A stretch of 64,000 nucleotides of DNA from an uncultured Gemmatimonadales bacterium (GCA_963828735.1 CAWHFW010000002.1:160001-224000), one strand, 5' to 3'. Counted from the stretch's first letter, positions 1 through 10,456 are shown. Notes: generated by a model from the sequence alone, not told the origin. Made by a program: numbers and translations.

Positions 1-919
1 TTTCGATCGCGTACAGGCGGCCCTTGCTGTCAGCGGCCACGGCCGAGTTGCCCGGTACCTGGAGTCCATGCCCGGCGCCGCGAACGACCTTGTTGCTGTC
101 CAGGTCGAACTCCATCACGCCCTCGGAGAAGGAGCTGATGAAGAGGTGCGAGCCGCCGTCCGACGCCACGTTGCCCGGACCCGTTCCGAACCCGGCGTGA
201 CTCGCGAGCTCGGTCCGAGCGAGCGGGTCCACGACGGAGAGACGCCCCTCGCCCGAGAAGTAATCGCCGGTGTTCATGACATAGAGCAGCCCGTCGGAGC
301 CGACCTCGGCGAAGCCCGCGTTGCCGGGGCCGGTGAGCGGGATGGAATCGCCGCCGCTCGCGCGGTTGTTGGTGGCGGGATCGACGACGGTAAGCCAGCT
401 CGGCCCGGCCGGGGTGAAGTTGACGAGATTCCCGTTGAGCACGAACACCTTCCCGCGGGTAAACACGAGTCCCTGCGGAAATACGCCGACCGGTACCTCG
501 GAGCGGGCGCCCGTCAGATAGTTGATCCGGGAGACGGCGTTCAGGTTGGGGTTCCCCACGTAGGCGATCGAATCGTCCAGGATCGTCGAGCCGGTGGCGC
601 CGGAGTTGTCCGGCAGCGGCACCGTACGGATCACCTGCGCCGCGCGAAGATCCACCACGGCCACCGCGTTGTCGAGCCCGAGCGGGACGATGGCGATCTC
701 CTTGCGCGCGGAGACGCCGACCGGTGTCGGTGTCGTGCCGCCCAGCGGCACGGACACGACCTGCCCCGATCCCTCGACGGGCACGATGCTGAGCGTGTTC
801 GCCGTACTGTTGACCACGACGAGCACCTCCACAGGCTCGGGGAGAGGCGCATTGGTGTCGGCACAGCCGAGTACGAAGATGGCCGCGGCCGTCGTGGCCA
901 GAAAGCGGGACCGGTTCAT
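1..919 (-). CDS. YncE/BtuG-like beta-propeller lipoprotein, 3' end runs off the window (not in the ORF track)
   Basis: Hand translation from ATG 919: MNRSRFLATTAAAIFVLGCADTNAP..., lipobox-like VLGC (Cys19), then propeller-type repeats (VVVNSTANTLSIVP, NAVAVVDL, VPVGVFPQGLVF, WLTVVDP, GRLSVVDP). Frame open to position 1. ATG overlaps the TonB receptor stop (ATGA). Confidence 0.8.
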   Translation of the reverse strand, partial: MNRSRFLATTAAAIFVLGCADTNAPLPEPVEVLVVVNSTANTLSIVPVEGSGQVVSVPLGGTTPTPVGVSARKEIAIVPLGLDNAVAVVDLRAAQVIRTVPLPDNSGATGSTILDDSIAYVGNPNLNAVSRINYLTGARSEVPVGVFPQGLVFTRGKVFVLNGNLVNFTPAGPSWLTVVDPATNNRASGGDSIPLTGPGNAGFAEVGSDGLLYVMNTGDYFSGEGRLSVVDPLARTELASHAGFGTGPGNVASDGGSHLFISSFSEGVMEFDLDSNKVVRGAGHGLQVPGNSAVAADSKGRLYAIE

Positions 920-2946
920 GGAACCACCATGGTGAGGGTAAAGGCGATGGTACGACCAGGTGTCGGGTAGCCGGCGAGGAACTCCGCGCGCTGGTCGGTC
1001 AGGTCGCGGACCTCGCCCCGCAGCACCAGGCCCGTGCCGAGGCGGCGCTCGAGTCCCGCGTCGATGAGGGAGAAGGAAGGGCGCGGATTGGTCCCGGCGC
1101 TGTTCGGGTAGCGCTCCCCGATGTGATGCCAGCGAACGTCGGCCGACCATGCGCGGGGCGACCACACGGCAGCGGCGTCGACGGTGACCCGAGGGCGATA
1201 CAGTACTTGGGCGCCGTCGGGGATGTCATAGGTCACGGCCGCATACGTGGCGCTGCCGCTGACCCGGAGGTTGCGTCGGAAGGCCCAATCGGCCGTGAGC
1301 TCCCCGCCCCGTCGGACCACGTCGAAGTTCCGCGGGCTCCAGATGAAGCGGAAATCCGGCGCCCAGACGATCATGTCCGCCACCCGTCCGGCGAAGAGGC
1401 GAAGGCCGATGCTCGAGCCGCCGCCCAGCTCCTGACGCAGGCCCCCGTCCACCTCCCAGCGCACCCGCTCCGGGCGCAAGTTGGGGTTGAGGCGCACCCC
1501 CACGCCTTCGCGGAAGAAGAGATCCGCCAGGACCGGCGGCGTTACCCCGCTGCCAACGCCGAGGGTGACGGCTGTCGGCCCGCGCTGCCAGCCGCCGTCC
1601 ACGCGCGCGCTGAGGCGCGGAGTTGTGGATCCCGTCCAGACGTCGAGCCGGGCCGCCGGCGCGATGGACCACGCGCTGGAGGCGCCGTGGCTCAGCCGGG
1701 TGTCCGCCCGAAGCGCAGCTTGCGTGAACGAGGCGCCCTCGCGGATACCGTCGCCGGCGAAACGATATCCGCGTCCCTCGGCGGCGATGTCGGCGGTGCC
1801 GCGCCAGCCCGCCAGGGCGGCGGGCGCGCGGCGCGTGAGCTCCGCCGTGGCGCCGACGCCGTGCGTGTAGCTATCGTAGGCCGCGCCGGTCGGCGGCGCT
1901 GGATCTTCGGCCCGAGTCTCGATCCACTGGAGGGAGGCGGTCGCCGCCAACGTGCCGTCGTGCCGGGCGCCGAGGAGCACCGACCGATCCTGGGCGCGCG
2001 CCGTGAGCGTCGGGTTCGTCGTGGTGCCGGGGAGACCGCGATCGCTGATCGTTCCGCGTACCACGACCTCGAGCGGCCCCTCGACGGTGAGCGCACCGGC
2101 ATACTGCTCCCCCCCTGAATTGAGGCGCGTCCCCTCCCCGCCTCCCCGAACCACCGGCACCGTGTACGGGAACTCGTTCGCGAGGCGCTCGCCCGAAATG
2201 CTCGCGGTCGCCGCTCCAGCGGAGCCGCCGACGCGTGCGCCCATCGCCCCGTAGCTGGCGGCCCACCCCGACGCCTCGGGCCGCACGTCGTTCCGCGTCT
2301 CGACCAGGATCACGCCGGCCACCGCGCGGCTGCCTGCGCGCACCGTCTGGGCGCCGGGCACCAGGGTGACCGTTGCGACCTCGCGGCTCGAGATCCGGCT
2401 CAGGTCGGCGCGGCCGGTTAGGGGGTCGTTGATCGGGAAGCCATCCACCATCACGAGCACTTCGTCCGGACTCCCGCCGCGCACCTGAGGCGCGGCGGGG
2501 CCGTTTCCGGCCCGGCGCACGACGACCCCCTGCCAGCCGTCCAGGGCGCGGGCCAGGTCCCCGCCCCGGCGCACCAGGTCGGGCCCCTCGATGGCGATCG
2601 CGCCGGGCGTGGCCATGACGGTGACGCTGTCGAGCTGCACCGGTACCGGTACCAACGTGATGGTGACGGTCCGCTCGAGGCTGGGCACCAGGTCGATGTC
2701 CCGCCGAGCAGGCGCGTAGCCGATGCGGCGAACGCGCAGCTCGATCCGGCCTGGGGGCACGTTGCCGAAGCTGAACCCGCCGTCCGCGGCGCTCTCCGTC
2801 ACCAGCTCGCCCGCACGGATCTCAGCGCCCTGCACGGGCCTCTGGGACAGAGCGTCCACCACGCGACCCGCGATCCGCGAGGGGCCCTGCGCGGCGACCG
2901 TCGAGACGCAGAGCGTCGTGAGCGCGAGCGCGATGGCCGCTCTCAT
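916..2946 (-). CDS. btuB: TonB-dependent receptor, probable cobalamin receptor (BtuB-like), with N-terminal carboxypeptidase-regulatory-like extension
   Basis: Signal peptide MRAAIALALTTLCVSTVAAQ; plug motifs VRGGSPDEVLVMVDGFPIND and AVAGVILVET; barrel motifs NPNLRPE and GYPTPGRT. ATG 2946 overlaps the ATPase stop. Substrate inferred from the riboswitch. Confidence 0.8.
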   Translation of the reverse strand: MRAAIALALTTLCVSTVAAQGPSRIAGRVVDALSQRPVQGAEIRAGELVTESAADGGFSFGNVPPGRIELRVRRIGYAPARRDIDLVPSLERTVTITLVPVPVQLDSVTVMATPGAIAIEGPDLVRRGGDLARALDGWQGVVVRRAGNGPAAPQVRGGSPDEVLVMVDGFPINDPLTGRADLSRISSREVATVTLVPGAQTVRAGSRAVAGVILVETRNDVRPEASGWAASYGAMGARVGGSAGAATASISGERLANEFPYTVPVVRGGGEGTRLNSGGEQYAGALTVEGPLEVVVRGTISDRGLPGTTTNPTLTARAQDRSVLLGARHDGTLAATASLQWIETRAEDPAPPTGAAYDSYTHGVGATAELTRRAPAALAGWRGTADIAAEGRGYRFAGDGIREGASFTQAALRADTRLSHGASSAWSIAPAARLDVWTGSTTPRLSARVDGGWQRGPTAVTLGVGSGVTPPVLADLFFREGVGVRLNPNLRPERVRWEVDGGLRQELGGGSSIGLRLFAGRVADMIVWAPDFRFIWSPRNFDVVRRGGELTADWAFRRNLRVSGSATYAAVTYDIPDGAQVLYRPRVTVDAAAVWSPRAWSADVRWHHIGERYPNSAGTNPRPSFSLIDAGLERRLGTGLVLRGEVRDLTDQRAEFLAGYPTPGRTIAFTLTMVVP

Positions 2947-3734
2947 TCGGGGGCCTCGCCGGGACGAAGCGGGACCACCTGGGGCGAGCCGTCGCACCAT
3001 GTCGTCACCGCCACCGGCCACTGAAAGACGCCGCTGACGATGTCTTTGCGCAGGACCTCGCCCGGGGTGCCTTCGGCCACGACACGTCCCTCGCTCAGCA
3101 GCATCATCCGGTCCGCGAACCGCGCGGCCAGGTTGAGCTGATGGGTGATCACGAGTCCGGCGAGCCCGTGGTTCACCAGCCCGCGGATGAGCTCCAGGAT
3201 CTCCATCTCGTGACGCACATCGAGCGATGCGGTCGGCTCGTCGAGCAGAAGCATCGCGGGCTCCTGCGCGAGCGCCCGCGCGAGCCGCACCCGCTGCCAC
3301 TCGCCGCCCGACAGCGTGTCGGCGGAACGCGCCGCCAGCGCCTCCGCGTCGCAGCGAGCGAGCGCGGAGCGCACGGCCTCGCGATCGGCCGCGGCTGGGG
3401 CGCCGAGCGCGCCGAGCCGCGCGTACCGACCGAGCATGACGGTCTCGTCCACGCGGAGCGGGAACACGAGGTCTTCGCGCTGCGGCACGACGCCGAGCAC
3501 GCGGGCGAGCTCGGGCCGCCGCCATTCACCGAGCGGACGACCCTGGATTCGCACCCCCCCGGCCGCGAGTGGCACCAGGCCGGTGACGGCCCGCACCAGC
3601 GTCGTCTTGCCGCTGCCGTTCGGGCCGGCGATCGCAACCAGCTCACCGGGTCCCACGCGGCAGCTCACGCCGTCGAGCGCGCGACGGCCGGCGCCCGCAT
3701 ACCGCACCTCGAGCCGATCCGCGTCGAGGATCAC
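2943..3734 (-). CDS. btuD: ABC transporter ATP-binding protein (BtuD/FepC family)
   Basis: Walker A GPNGSGKT, signature LSGGEWQR, Walker B LLLDEPT. GTG 3734 overlaps the permease stop. Confidence 0.88.
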   Translation of the reverse strand: MILDADRLEVRYAGAGRRALDGVSCRVGPGELVAIAGPNGSGKTTLVRAVTGLVPLAAGGVRIQGRPLGEWRRPELARVLGVVPQREDLVFPLRVDETVMLGRYARLGALGAPAAADREAVRSALARCDAEALAARSADTLSGGEWQRVRLARALAQEPAMLLLDEPTASLDVRHEMEILELIRGLVNHGLAGLVITHQLNLAARFADRMMLLSEGRVVAEGTPGEVLRKDIVSGVFQWPVAVTTWCDGSPQVVPLRPGEAPE

Positions 3735-4702
3735 GTGAGGGTCCGTCGAAGGAGGAGCGCGAACAACGGCACCCCGACCAGGGCGGTGATCACCCCGACT
3801 GGGAGCTCGAGCGGTCGGACCACGGTCCTGGAGACGACGTCGGAGAGCACGAGGAAGGCGCCGCCGGCGAGGAACACGAGGGGCAGCAAGGTCCGGTGCA
3901 GCGGCCGGGCCACGGTTCGGATCGCGTGGGGCACGACCAGGCCGACGAAGCCGATGATTCCGCACGCGGCAACACTTGCCGCGGTCAGCAGGGCCGTGCA
4001 CACGTAGACCAGCCGGCGCGTGCGATCCACCTCGGCGCCGAGATGGTGGGCCGGTTCCTCACCGAGGGCAATGAGGTCGAGGCTCCTCGCGCTGACTCCG
4101 ATCACGCCGAGGGGCAGCACGGCGTACGCGGCGAAGACCGCCAGCGTCTGCCACGATGCCGAGCCGAACCCTCCGAGGAGCCAGAGAAAGGCGTTTCGAA
4201 TGCCGGCCGAGGGCGAGAGCACGATGATCGCGCTCATGAGGGCCCCGGCGAACGAGCCGACGACCACGCCCGACAGCAGGAGCACGCGCGGGTCGAGCCG
4301 CCGTCCCGCAACCAGGCTCAACCGATACACCAGGGCCACCGCGGCGATCGCTCCCACGAACGCCGCGACCGGGACGGCCCACGGGCCGGCTGCCCGCGTG
4401 GCGATGGCGATGACGGCACCCAGCCCCGCACCGCCCGAGAGGCCCAGCAAGTAGGGCTCGGCGAGCGGGTTCCGGATCATCGCCTGGAGCGCCGCGCCGC
4501 ACACGGCGAGGCTCCCGCCGACGCAGAAGGCGAGCAGCACGCGCGGAGCGCGCAGGTCGCGCACGATGACGGCGCCGCTCGAGTCCGCGTGCCAGAGGCC
4601 GGCCCAGACCTCGCCGAGGCTGAGCGGCACCGTCCCGGCCGCGAGCCCGATCACGAGCGTCAGGAACACGACGAGCACGAGGCCGGCCACTCGCCGGTCC
4701 AT
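3731..4702 (-). CDS. btuC: FecCD/BtuC-family ABC permease
   Basis: LRAPRVLLA, LQAMIRNPLAEPYLLGLSGGA and GIIGFVGLVVPH motifs; many hydrophobic helices. Confidence 0.9.
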   Translation of the reverse strand: MDRRVAGLVLVVFLTLVIGLAAGTVPLSLGEVWAGLWHADSSGAVIVRDLRAPRVLLAFCVGGSLAVCGAALQAMIRNPLAEPYLLGLSGGAGLGAVIAIATRAAGPWAVPVAAFVGAIAAVALVYRLSLVAGRRLDPRVLLLSGVVVGSFAGALMSAIIVLSPSAGIRNAFLWLLGGFGSASWQTLAVFAAYAVLPLGVIGVSARSLDLIALGEEPAHHLGAEVDRTRRLVYVCTALLTAASVAACGIIGFVGLVVPHAIRTVARPLHRTLLPLVFLAGGAFLVLSDVVSRTVVRPLELPVGVITALVGVPLFALLLRRTLT

Positions 4703-5627
4703 CAGCCGGCCCGCCGAAGCTTGGCCGTGAGCTCGCGGATCGCGGCAGGTGCCCGTGGGCTCGGCCGGTTGAACTCGGAGCCGGTCACCGGCAGGAAGCG
4801 GCGTTCGCGCACTGCGCGGACCGCCTGCCACTCGGGACGCTCGGCGAACGCCGCCGGGCCGGCCGTGGTGGTGAGGATGAGATCGGGGTCGCGCGATGCC
4901 ACCGCCTCGATGCTCACGGTGCCGGCGCTCGAGGTGACATCCTCGAACAGGTTCACGCCGCCGGCGCGCACGACCAATTCATTGAGGAAGCTGCCGCGGC
5001 CGATCGTCATCGGCGGCTGCTCCCAGACGAGGAGCAGCACCTTGGGCCTTCGACCGGAGGGTGCCGTCGTCGCGGTCGCCAGGGCCGTGTCGAACGCGGC
5101 AGCGACCGAGTCCGCGGCCGACTCGCGCCCGCTCACACGGCCGAGGAGGCGGCCGATCCGGTCCACATCCGCGAGGCGGTCGGTATTGAGGCGAAGCACC
5201 GGAATCCCGAGGGATCGGAGTCGGGTCGCGACCGCGGCGTTCTGCGCCGAGTTGTAGAGCAGCACGAGGTCCGGATGGCTCGCGAGCACCGCCTCGGCGT
5301 TCGGGGCGATCCCGTCGCCCAGGTTGGGCACGGCGGCGGCGGCGGGAGGATAGTCGCACCACTCGGTTCGGCCGATCACCATGGAGCCGGCTCCGATGGC
5401 GAAGAGCAGCTCGGTGGTGGCCGGGATGAGCGAGACGATGCGGCGTGCGGGAGCGGAGACCGCGACCGTGTCGCCGGCATCGTCCACGATGCCGACGCTC
5501 CGTCCGACCGGCGCGGACGCGCGACAGGCGGCGAGGACGAGCAGGAGCGCCAGCGAAGACGCGGCGGGTAACTCGAGGTCCGGAAATAGAAATCGCCCGT
5601 TCCCGAGGTGGTGGACGGGCGATGCAC
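4702..5627 (-). CDS. btuF: Periplasmic cobalamin-binding lipoprotein (BtuF, helical-backbone metal receptor); start codon unresolved
   Basis: RIVSLIPATTELLFAIGAG, CDYP, lipobox LAAC (Cys codon about 5526). No in-frame ATG/GTG at a normal signal-peptide distance. 5627 is an out-of-frame GTG candidate; the in-frame ATG at 5679 lies inside the riboswitch leader. Confidence 0.8.
5584..5623 (-). terminator. Terminator-like hairpin in the riboswitch expression platform
   Basis: Minus strand ATCGCCCGT...ACGGGCGAT 9-bp stem followed by TTCTATTT. Confidence 0.55.
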
Positions 5628-5656
5628 GACGGCGAGCTCGCCGCCGACACGCCACC

Positions 5657-5836
5657 GACCCTCCCCCGAGGGTGTGCATGGTGGCGCGAACGGAGAGGTC
5701 TCCTGGCTTCGGGCCTTCGCTCGCCTTCCCGGTCACCCAGTGGCGTTAGGAGCGAAGATCGACGTGGACGTCGTGCCCGTTACAGTGGCGGGGCCGCGCC
5801 GGTGTTTCACCGGCTTCCGAGCATCCCCATTCGCGT
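5657..5836 (-). promoter_or_regulatory. Cobalamin (B12) riboswitch
   Basis: Minus strand GGAAGCCGGTGAAACACCGGCGCGGCCCCGCCACTGTAAC ... GCCACTGGGTGACCGGGAAGGC ... AAGCCAGGAGACCT (B12 box). Closing helix GCGAATGGGGA/TCTCCGTTCGC. Downstream hairpin ACCCTC-GGGG-GAGGGT could kiss the CCCC loop. Confidence 0.93.
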
Positions 5837-5856
5837 ATTTCGATTGTTCAACGGGG

Positions 5857-7080
5857 TCAAACGTAGGGACCGTGCCCACGAGCCGCAAGAGCGCGCTCCA
5901 GGCGCGTCTTGAGCGCCGATCGCTCCGCGCGGTAGCGCTCCCACTCCTCCGGCGTCATATCGGCCTGGCGGCCCTCGTACCGTGCGTCGAGCACGGCGAT
6001 AGCGTCGAGCAGCCTCCCGGAATCGGCATCGCCGCCCGTTCCCTCGGCCACGGCGGCTGGCGCGGGCCGCCGGACAACGCGGAACGCCGCCACCGCGAGC
6101 ACGAGGGCCACCATGCCAACCAGCGCTGCCAGCATCCGCGATGAGGCGGCCCTGCTGTCGGCACTTACCGTGAGCGTCACCGTGCCGCCCGCGGGGACGC
6201 GGCCGGAGTAGCGCCGAAAGCTTCGGCCCTCGATGAGCTGACTGTCGGTCAGTGTGAGGCCACCCACCCGCACGTTTCGCTCCTCGACCAGGATGTTCAT
6301 TGGCGTCGCGGTCGCTCCGACCGGGAACGCGATGCGCCCATCCAGCGGCACGGTGGCGTACTCGATCGTCAGCTGCTTCTGACCCGGCGAGATGGGGGCG
6401 AGGACCTTGACGGTGTCCCCCTCGCGAATGACCGCGTCGGGAGAGAGGTCGCTCTCGCCGAGCTGCATTTCGCCGGTACCGCGGGGGAGGGTGAGCGACC
6501 ACGACGGGTGGGTCGAGTCCGGCGCGACCCGGGCGCGGATGCCGTCATTCCGGAGCACGATCAGATCGAGGACCGGCCGCGCGCCGTCCGCGCCGGCGCG
6601 TGGCACCACGAGATGGCGAGCCTGGACGGCGATCGGCGCCGTGCTGGAGGTATCGTACGCCACGAGCGCGATCGAGGTATCTGGCCGCGCGGGGTTGGTG
6701 TGCACCGGAGGAGAGAAATACTCGATCCCGCCGTACCGGGCGCTCAAGAGATAGAGCGCGCTCGTGTCGGCGCGGAACCGGAAGCGGAACCGCCCAGTGG
6801 CATCGGCGATCAGCGAGTCGATCGGTCCCTGAACGTTGCGGCCGACCTGGTGCAGCAGCACCCTGGCACGCGCGAGGGGAACGGTGTCCGTCGCGCGGGG
6901 GAGCAGCACGCGGCCGGAGGCGGTGCTGAGCTGCTGGGCGGCGAGCCCGGGGACGGCGAGCACCAGGGCCGCGAGTACCCAGAGCATCCGAATCCCGGCG
7001 AGATACAAGCGGGACCGGCGCGCGCCGGTCCCGCCATCCCACCTGGTTCTCACGGGCGTGGTCGCCCTGTCCGTCTCCAC
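5857..7080 (-). CDS. Hypothetical exported, membrane-anchored protein (beta-sandwich domains, C-terminal TM helix and helical tail); alternative start ATG 6987
   Basis: Signal-like MLWVLAALVLAVPGLAAQ, carboxypeptidase-regulatory-like segment ADATGRFRF, TM segment MLAALVGMVALVLAVAAF. GTG 7080 abuts the upstream stop. Confidence 0.7.
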   Translation of the reverse strand: METDRATTPVRTRWDGGTGARRSRLYLAGIRMLWVLAALVLAVPGLAAQQLSTASGRVLLPRATDTVPLARARVLLHQVGRNVQGPIDSLIADATGRFRFRFRADTSALYLLSARYGGIEYFSPPVHTNPARPDTSIALVAYDTSSTAPIAVQARHLVVPRAGADGARPVLDLIVLRNDGIRARVAPDSTHPSWSLTLPRGTGEMQLGESDLSPDAVIREGDTVKVLAPISPGQKQLTIEYATVPLDGRIAFPVGATATPMNILVEERNVRVGGLTLTDSQLIEGRSFRRYSGRVPAGGTVTLTVSADSRAASSRMLAALVGMVALVLAVAAFRVVRRPAPAAVAEGTGGDADSGRLLDAIAVLDARYEGRQADMTPEEWERYRAERSALKTRLERALAARGHGPYV

Positions 7081-7572
7081 TTAGGGATTGAACTTCCCGA
7101 AGTCCTGCGGATCCATGCGCTCGAGATATTCCTTGAGCTTGTCCGCCTCGAGCGAGGGGTTGGGCGAAGGCTCGTCGGCCTCGACGCCGCTCTGCTCCAG
7201 CAGCTGGTCGCTGGTGAAGATGGGGGCCCGCACGCGGAGGGCGAGCGCGATGCTGTCCGAGGGACGCGCGTCCACCTGGAAGACGTGGTCGTCGCGGCGG
7301 ATCAGCAGCTCGGCGAAGTAGGTGTTCTCCTTCACGGCGCTGATCACCACCCGGCGAAGCTCACCGCCGAGCCCGACGAGGATCTGCTTGAGGAGATCGT
7401 GGGTCAGCGGCCGCTGCGCCTTCATGCCCTGGAGCTCCATGGCGATGGCGCTCGCCTCGGCGGGACCGATCCAGATCGGGAGCACCCGCGCCCCGTCCTT
7501 CTCGCGCAGTATGACGACCGGCGTGTTGGTCGTCCGGTCGAGGCCGAGATGGGCCACGGTGACTTCGATCAT
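7081..7572 (-). CDS. Bifunctional nuclease family protein (DUF151)
   Basis: Motifs LPIWIGPAEA, RPLTHDL, DARPSDSIALA. Confidence 0.9.
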   Translation of the reverse strand: MIEVTVAHLGLDRTTNTPVVILREKDGARVLPIWIGPAEASAIAMELQGMKAQRPLTHDLLKQILVGLGGELRRVVISAVKENTYFAELLIRRDDHVFQVDARPSDSIALALRVRAPIFTSDQLLEQSGVEADEPSPNPSLEADKLKEYLERMDPQDFGKFNP

Positions 7573-7578
7573 GTCGGA

Positions 7579-7607
7579 AGTATACTCCGGTTCCGCGAGC
7601 CGGTCAT
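7579..7607 (-). promoter_or_regulatory. Putative sigma70 promoter giving a leaderless DUF151 mRNA
   Basis: ATGACC-17 nt-TATACT-6 nt-ATG on the minus strand. Confidence 0.55.
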
Positions 7608-7630
7608 CGGGTGCCGTTCGTTGCACCCCG

Positions 7631-7676
7631 AAGACAAAGGACACAGCGAGGCGAAGCGGCGGCCTCTCTGTGTCCT
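7631..7676 (-). terminator. Long hairpin downstream of ahcY (terminator or palindromic repeat)
   Basis: AGGACACAGCGAGGC/GCCTCTCTGTGTCCT, 15-bp stem with one mismatch, followed by TTGTCTT on the minus strand. Confidence 0.5.
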
Positions 7677-7713
7677 CTCTGCCTGCGGCGGCACGCGCTG
7701 CCCGCCGCGGAAC

Positions 7714-9058
<1,345 letters not shown>

Positions 9059-9078
9059 CTGCTCCTCGAGGTGTCCGA

Positions 9079-10314
9079 TCAGCGGGCGGCCGACAGCAGG
9101 TCCTTCACGCGATCGGTCTCTTCCCAGGTGAAAAAGTCGACCTTCTGCTGCTTGCCGTTATCCCGGTAGACGCCGGAGAACGGCCGCCGGCCGAAGTGAC
9201 CGTACGCGGCGGTCTGACTGTAAATTGGCCGCTTCAGCTTGAGGGCGTCAATGATGCCCTTGGGGGTGAGATCGAACACCTGACCCACGATCTTCTCGAG
9301 CTGTGGCGTCGGGCAACACGCCGGTGCCGAACGTCTGCACCATGATGGAGACCGGCCGGCGACGCCGATCGCGTAGGCGATCTGCACCTCGCACCGCCGC
9401 GCGAGCTTGGCCTCGACGATGTTCTTCGCGACCCAGCGCGTGGCGTAGGCCGCAGAGCGGTCCACCTTGGACGGATCCTTGCCGCTGAACGCGCCGCCGC
9501 CGTGGCGCGCCATCCCGCCGTAGGTGTCCACGATGATCTTGCGCCCGGTGAGGCCCGCGTCGCCGTGCGGGCCGCCGATCACGAAGCGGCCGGTCGGGTT
9601 GATGAGGAACTTGGTGCGGCCGTACTCGAGCCCCGCCTTGTCGAGCACCGGCTTGATGACCTCCTCGATCACGCCCTCGCGGATGGTGCCGTTCGCGAGC
9701 TGGCGCCGGCCGAAGCGCTCGGCGTGCTGGGTCGACACGACGACCGTCCGCACCGCCACCGGGCGATCGCCCTCGTACTCGACCGAGACCTGCGACTTGC
9801 CGTCGGGCCGCAGCCACTCGAGCCGGTCCAGCCCGTGGAGGCCCTTGCGCACCGCGGCGAGTCGCTCGGCGATCCGGTGCGCGAGCATGATCGGCAGGGG
9901 CATCCGCTCGCGGGTCTCGCTCGTCGCGTAGCCGAACATCATGCCCTGGTCACCGGCGCCCTGCGCCTTGTTCGGGTCGGCGTCCACGCCCATCGCGATG
10001 TCGGGCGACTGCCGATCGATCGACGTCAGCACGGCGCAGGTGCGGGCGTCCATGCCGTAGGTCGCGTCGGTGTAGCCGATCCGCTCGACCGTGTCACGGA
10101 CGAGGTCGGGGATGTGCACGTAGGTCTTGGTAGTGATCTCGCCGGCGACCACGGCCATGCCGGTCGTGACCAGCGTCTCGCAGGCCACGCGCCCCGCGGG
10201 GTCGCGCGACAGGATGGCGTCGAGCACCGCGTCGGAGATCTGGTCGGCCACCTTGTCGGGGTGGCCTTCGGTGACCGATTCGGAAGTGAAGACGTGGCGC
10301 TTGGGCGCGGCCAT
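9079..10314 (-). CDS. metK: S-adenosylmethionine synthetase; compensating -1/+1 indels at about 9355 and 9303
   Basis: [33 protein letters not shown]. The conserved [12 protein letters not shown] segment is displaced into another frame. Confidence 0.95.
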   Translation of the reverse strand: MAAPKRHVFTSESVTEGHPDKVADQISDAVLDAILSRDPAGRVACETLVTTGMAVVAGEITTKTYVHIPDLVRDTVERIGYTDATYGMDARTCAVLTSIDRQSPDIAMGVDADPNKAQGAGDQGMMFGYATSETRERMPLPIMLAHRIAERLAAVRKGLHGLDRLEWLRPDGKSQVSVEYEGDRPVAVRTVVVSTQHAERFGRRQLANGTIREGVIEEVIKPVLDKAGLEYGRTKFLINPTGRFVIGGPHGDAGLTGRKIIVDTYGGMARHGGGAFSGKDPSKVDRSAAYATRWVAKNIVEAKLARRCEVQIAYAIGVAGRSPSWCRRSAPACCPTPQLEKIVGQVFDLTPKGIIDALKLKRPIYSQTAAYGHFGRRPFSGVYRDNGKQQKVDFFTWEETDRVKDLLSAAR

Positions 10315-10345
10315 CGCGGGCGGATCCGTGGTTGAAGGGTGGGCA

Positions 10346-10443
10346 GTCATTCCGAGCGCAGCGAGGGACCTTGCGCACCCCGGCCGGAACGCCTCACGGG
10401 TTCCGATCCAGGTGGGCAAGTCCCTCGCTGCGCTGGGAAGGAC
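10346..10443. repeat. REP-like long imperfect palindrome (GTCA-terminated type)
   Basis: GTCATTCCGAGCGCAGCGAGGGACCTTGC (10346-10374) is inverted at 10416-10443 with 2 mismatches and 1 gap; the interior also pairs. Confidence 0.7.
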
Positions 10444-10456
10444 GATCTTCGGACGC

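Noticed and set aside
10315..10456. SAM-I riboswitch upstream of metK
   Set aside because: Only partial motif resemblance; lacks the GCAACC core and a proper P1, and the region is explained by one long palindrome.
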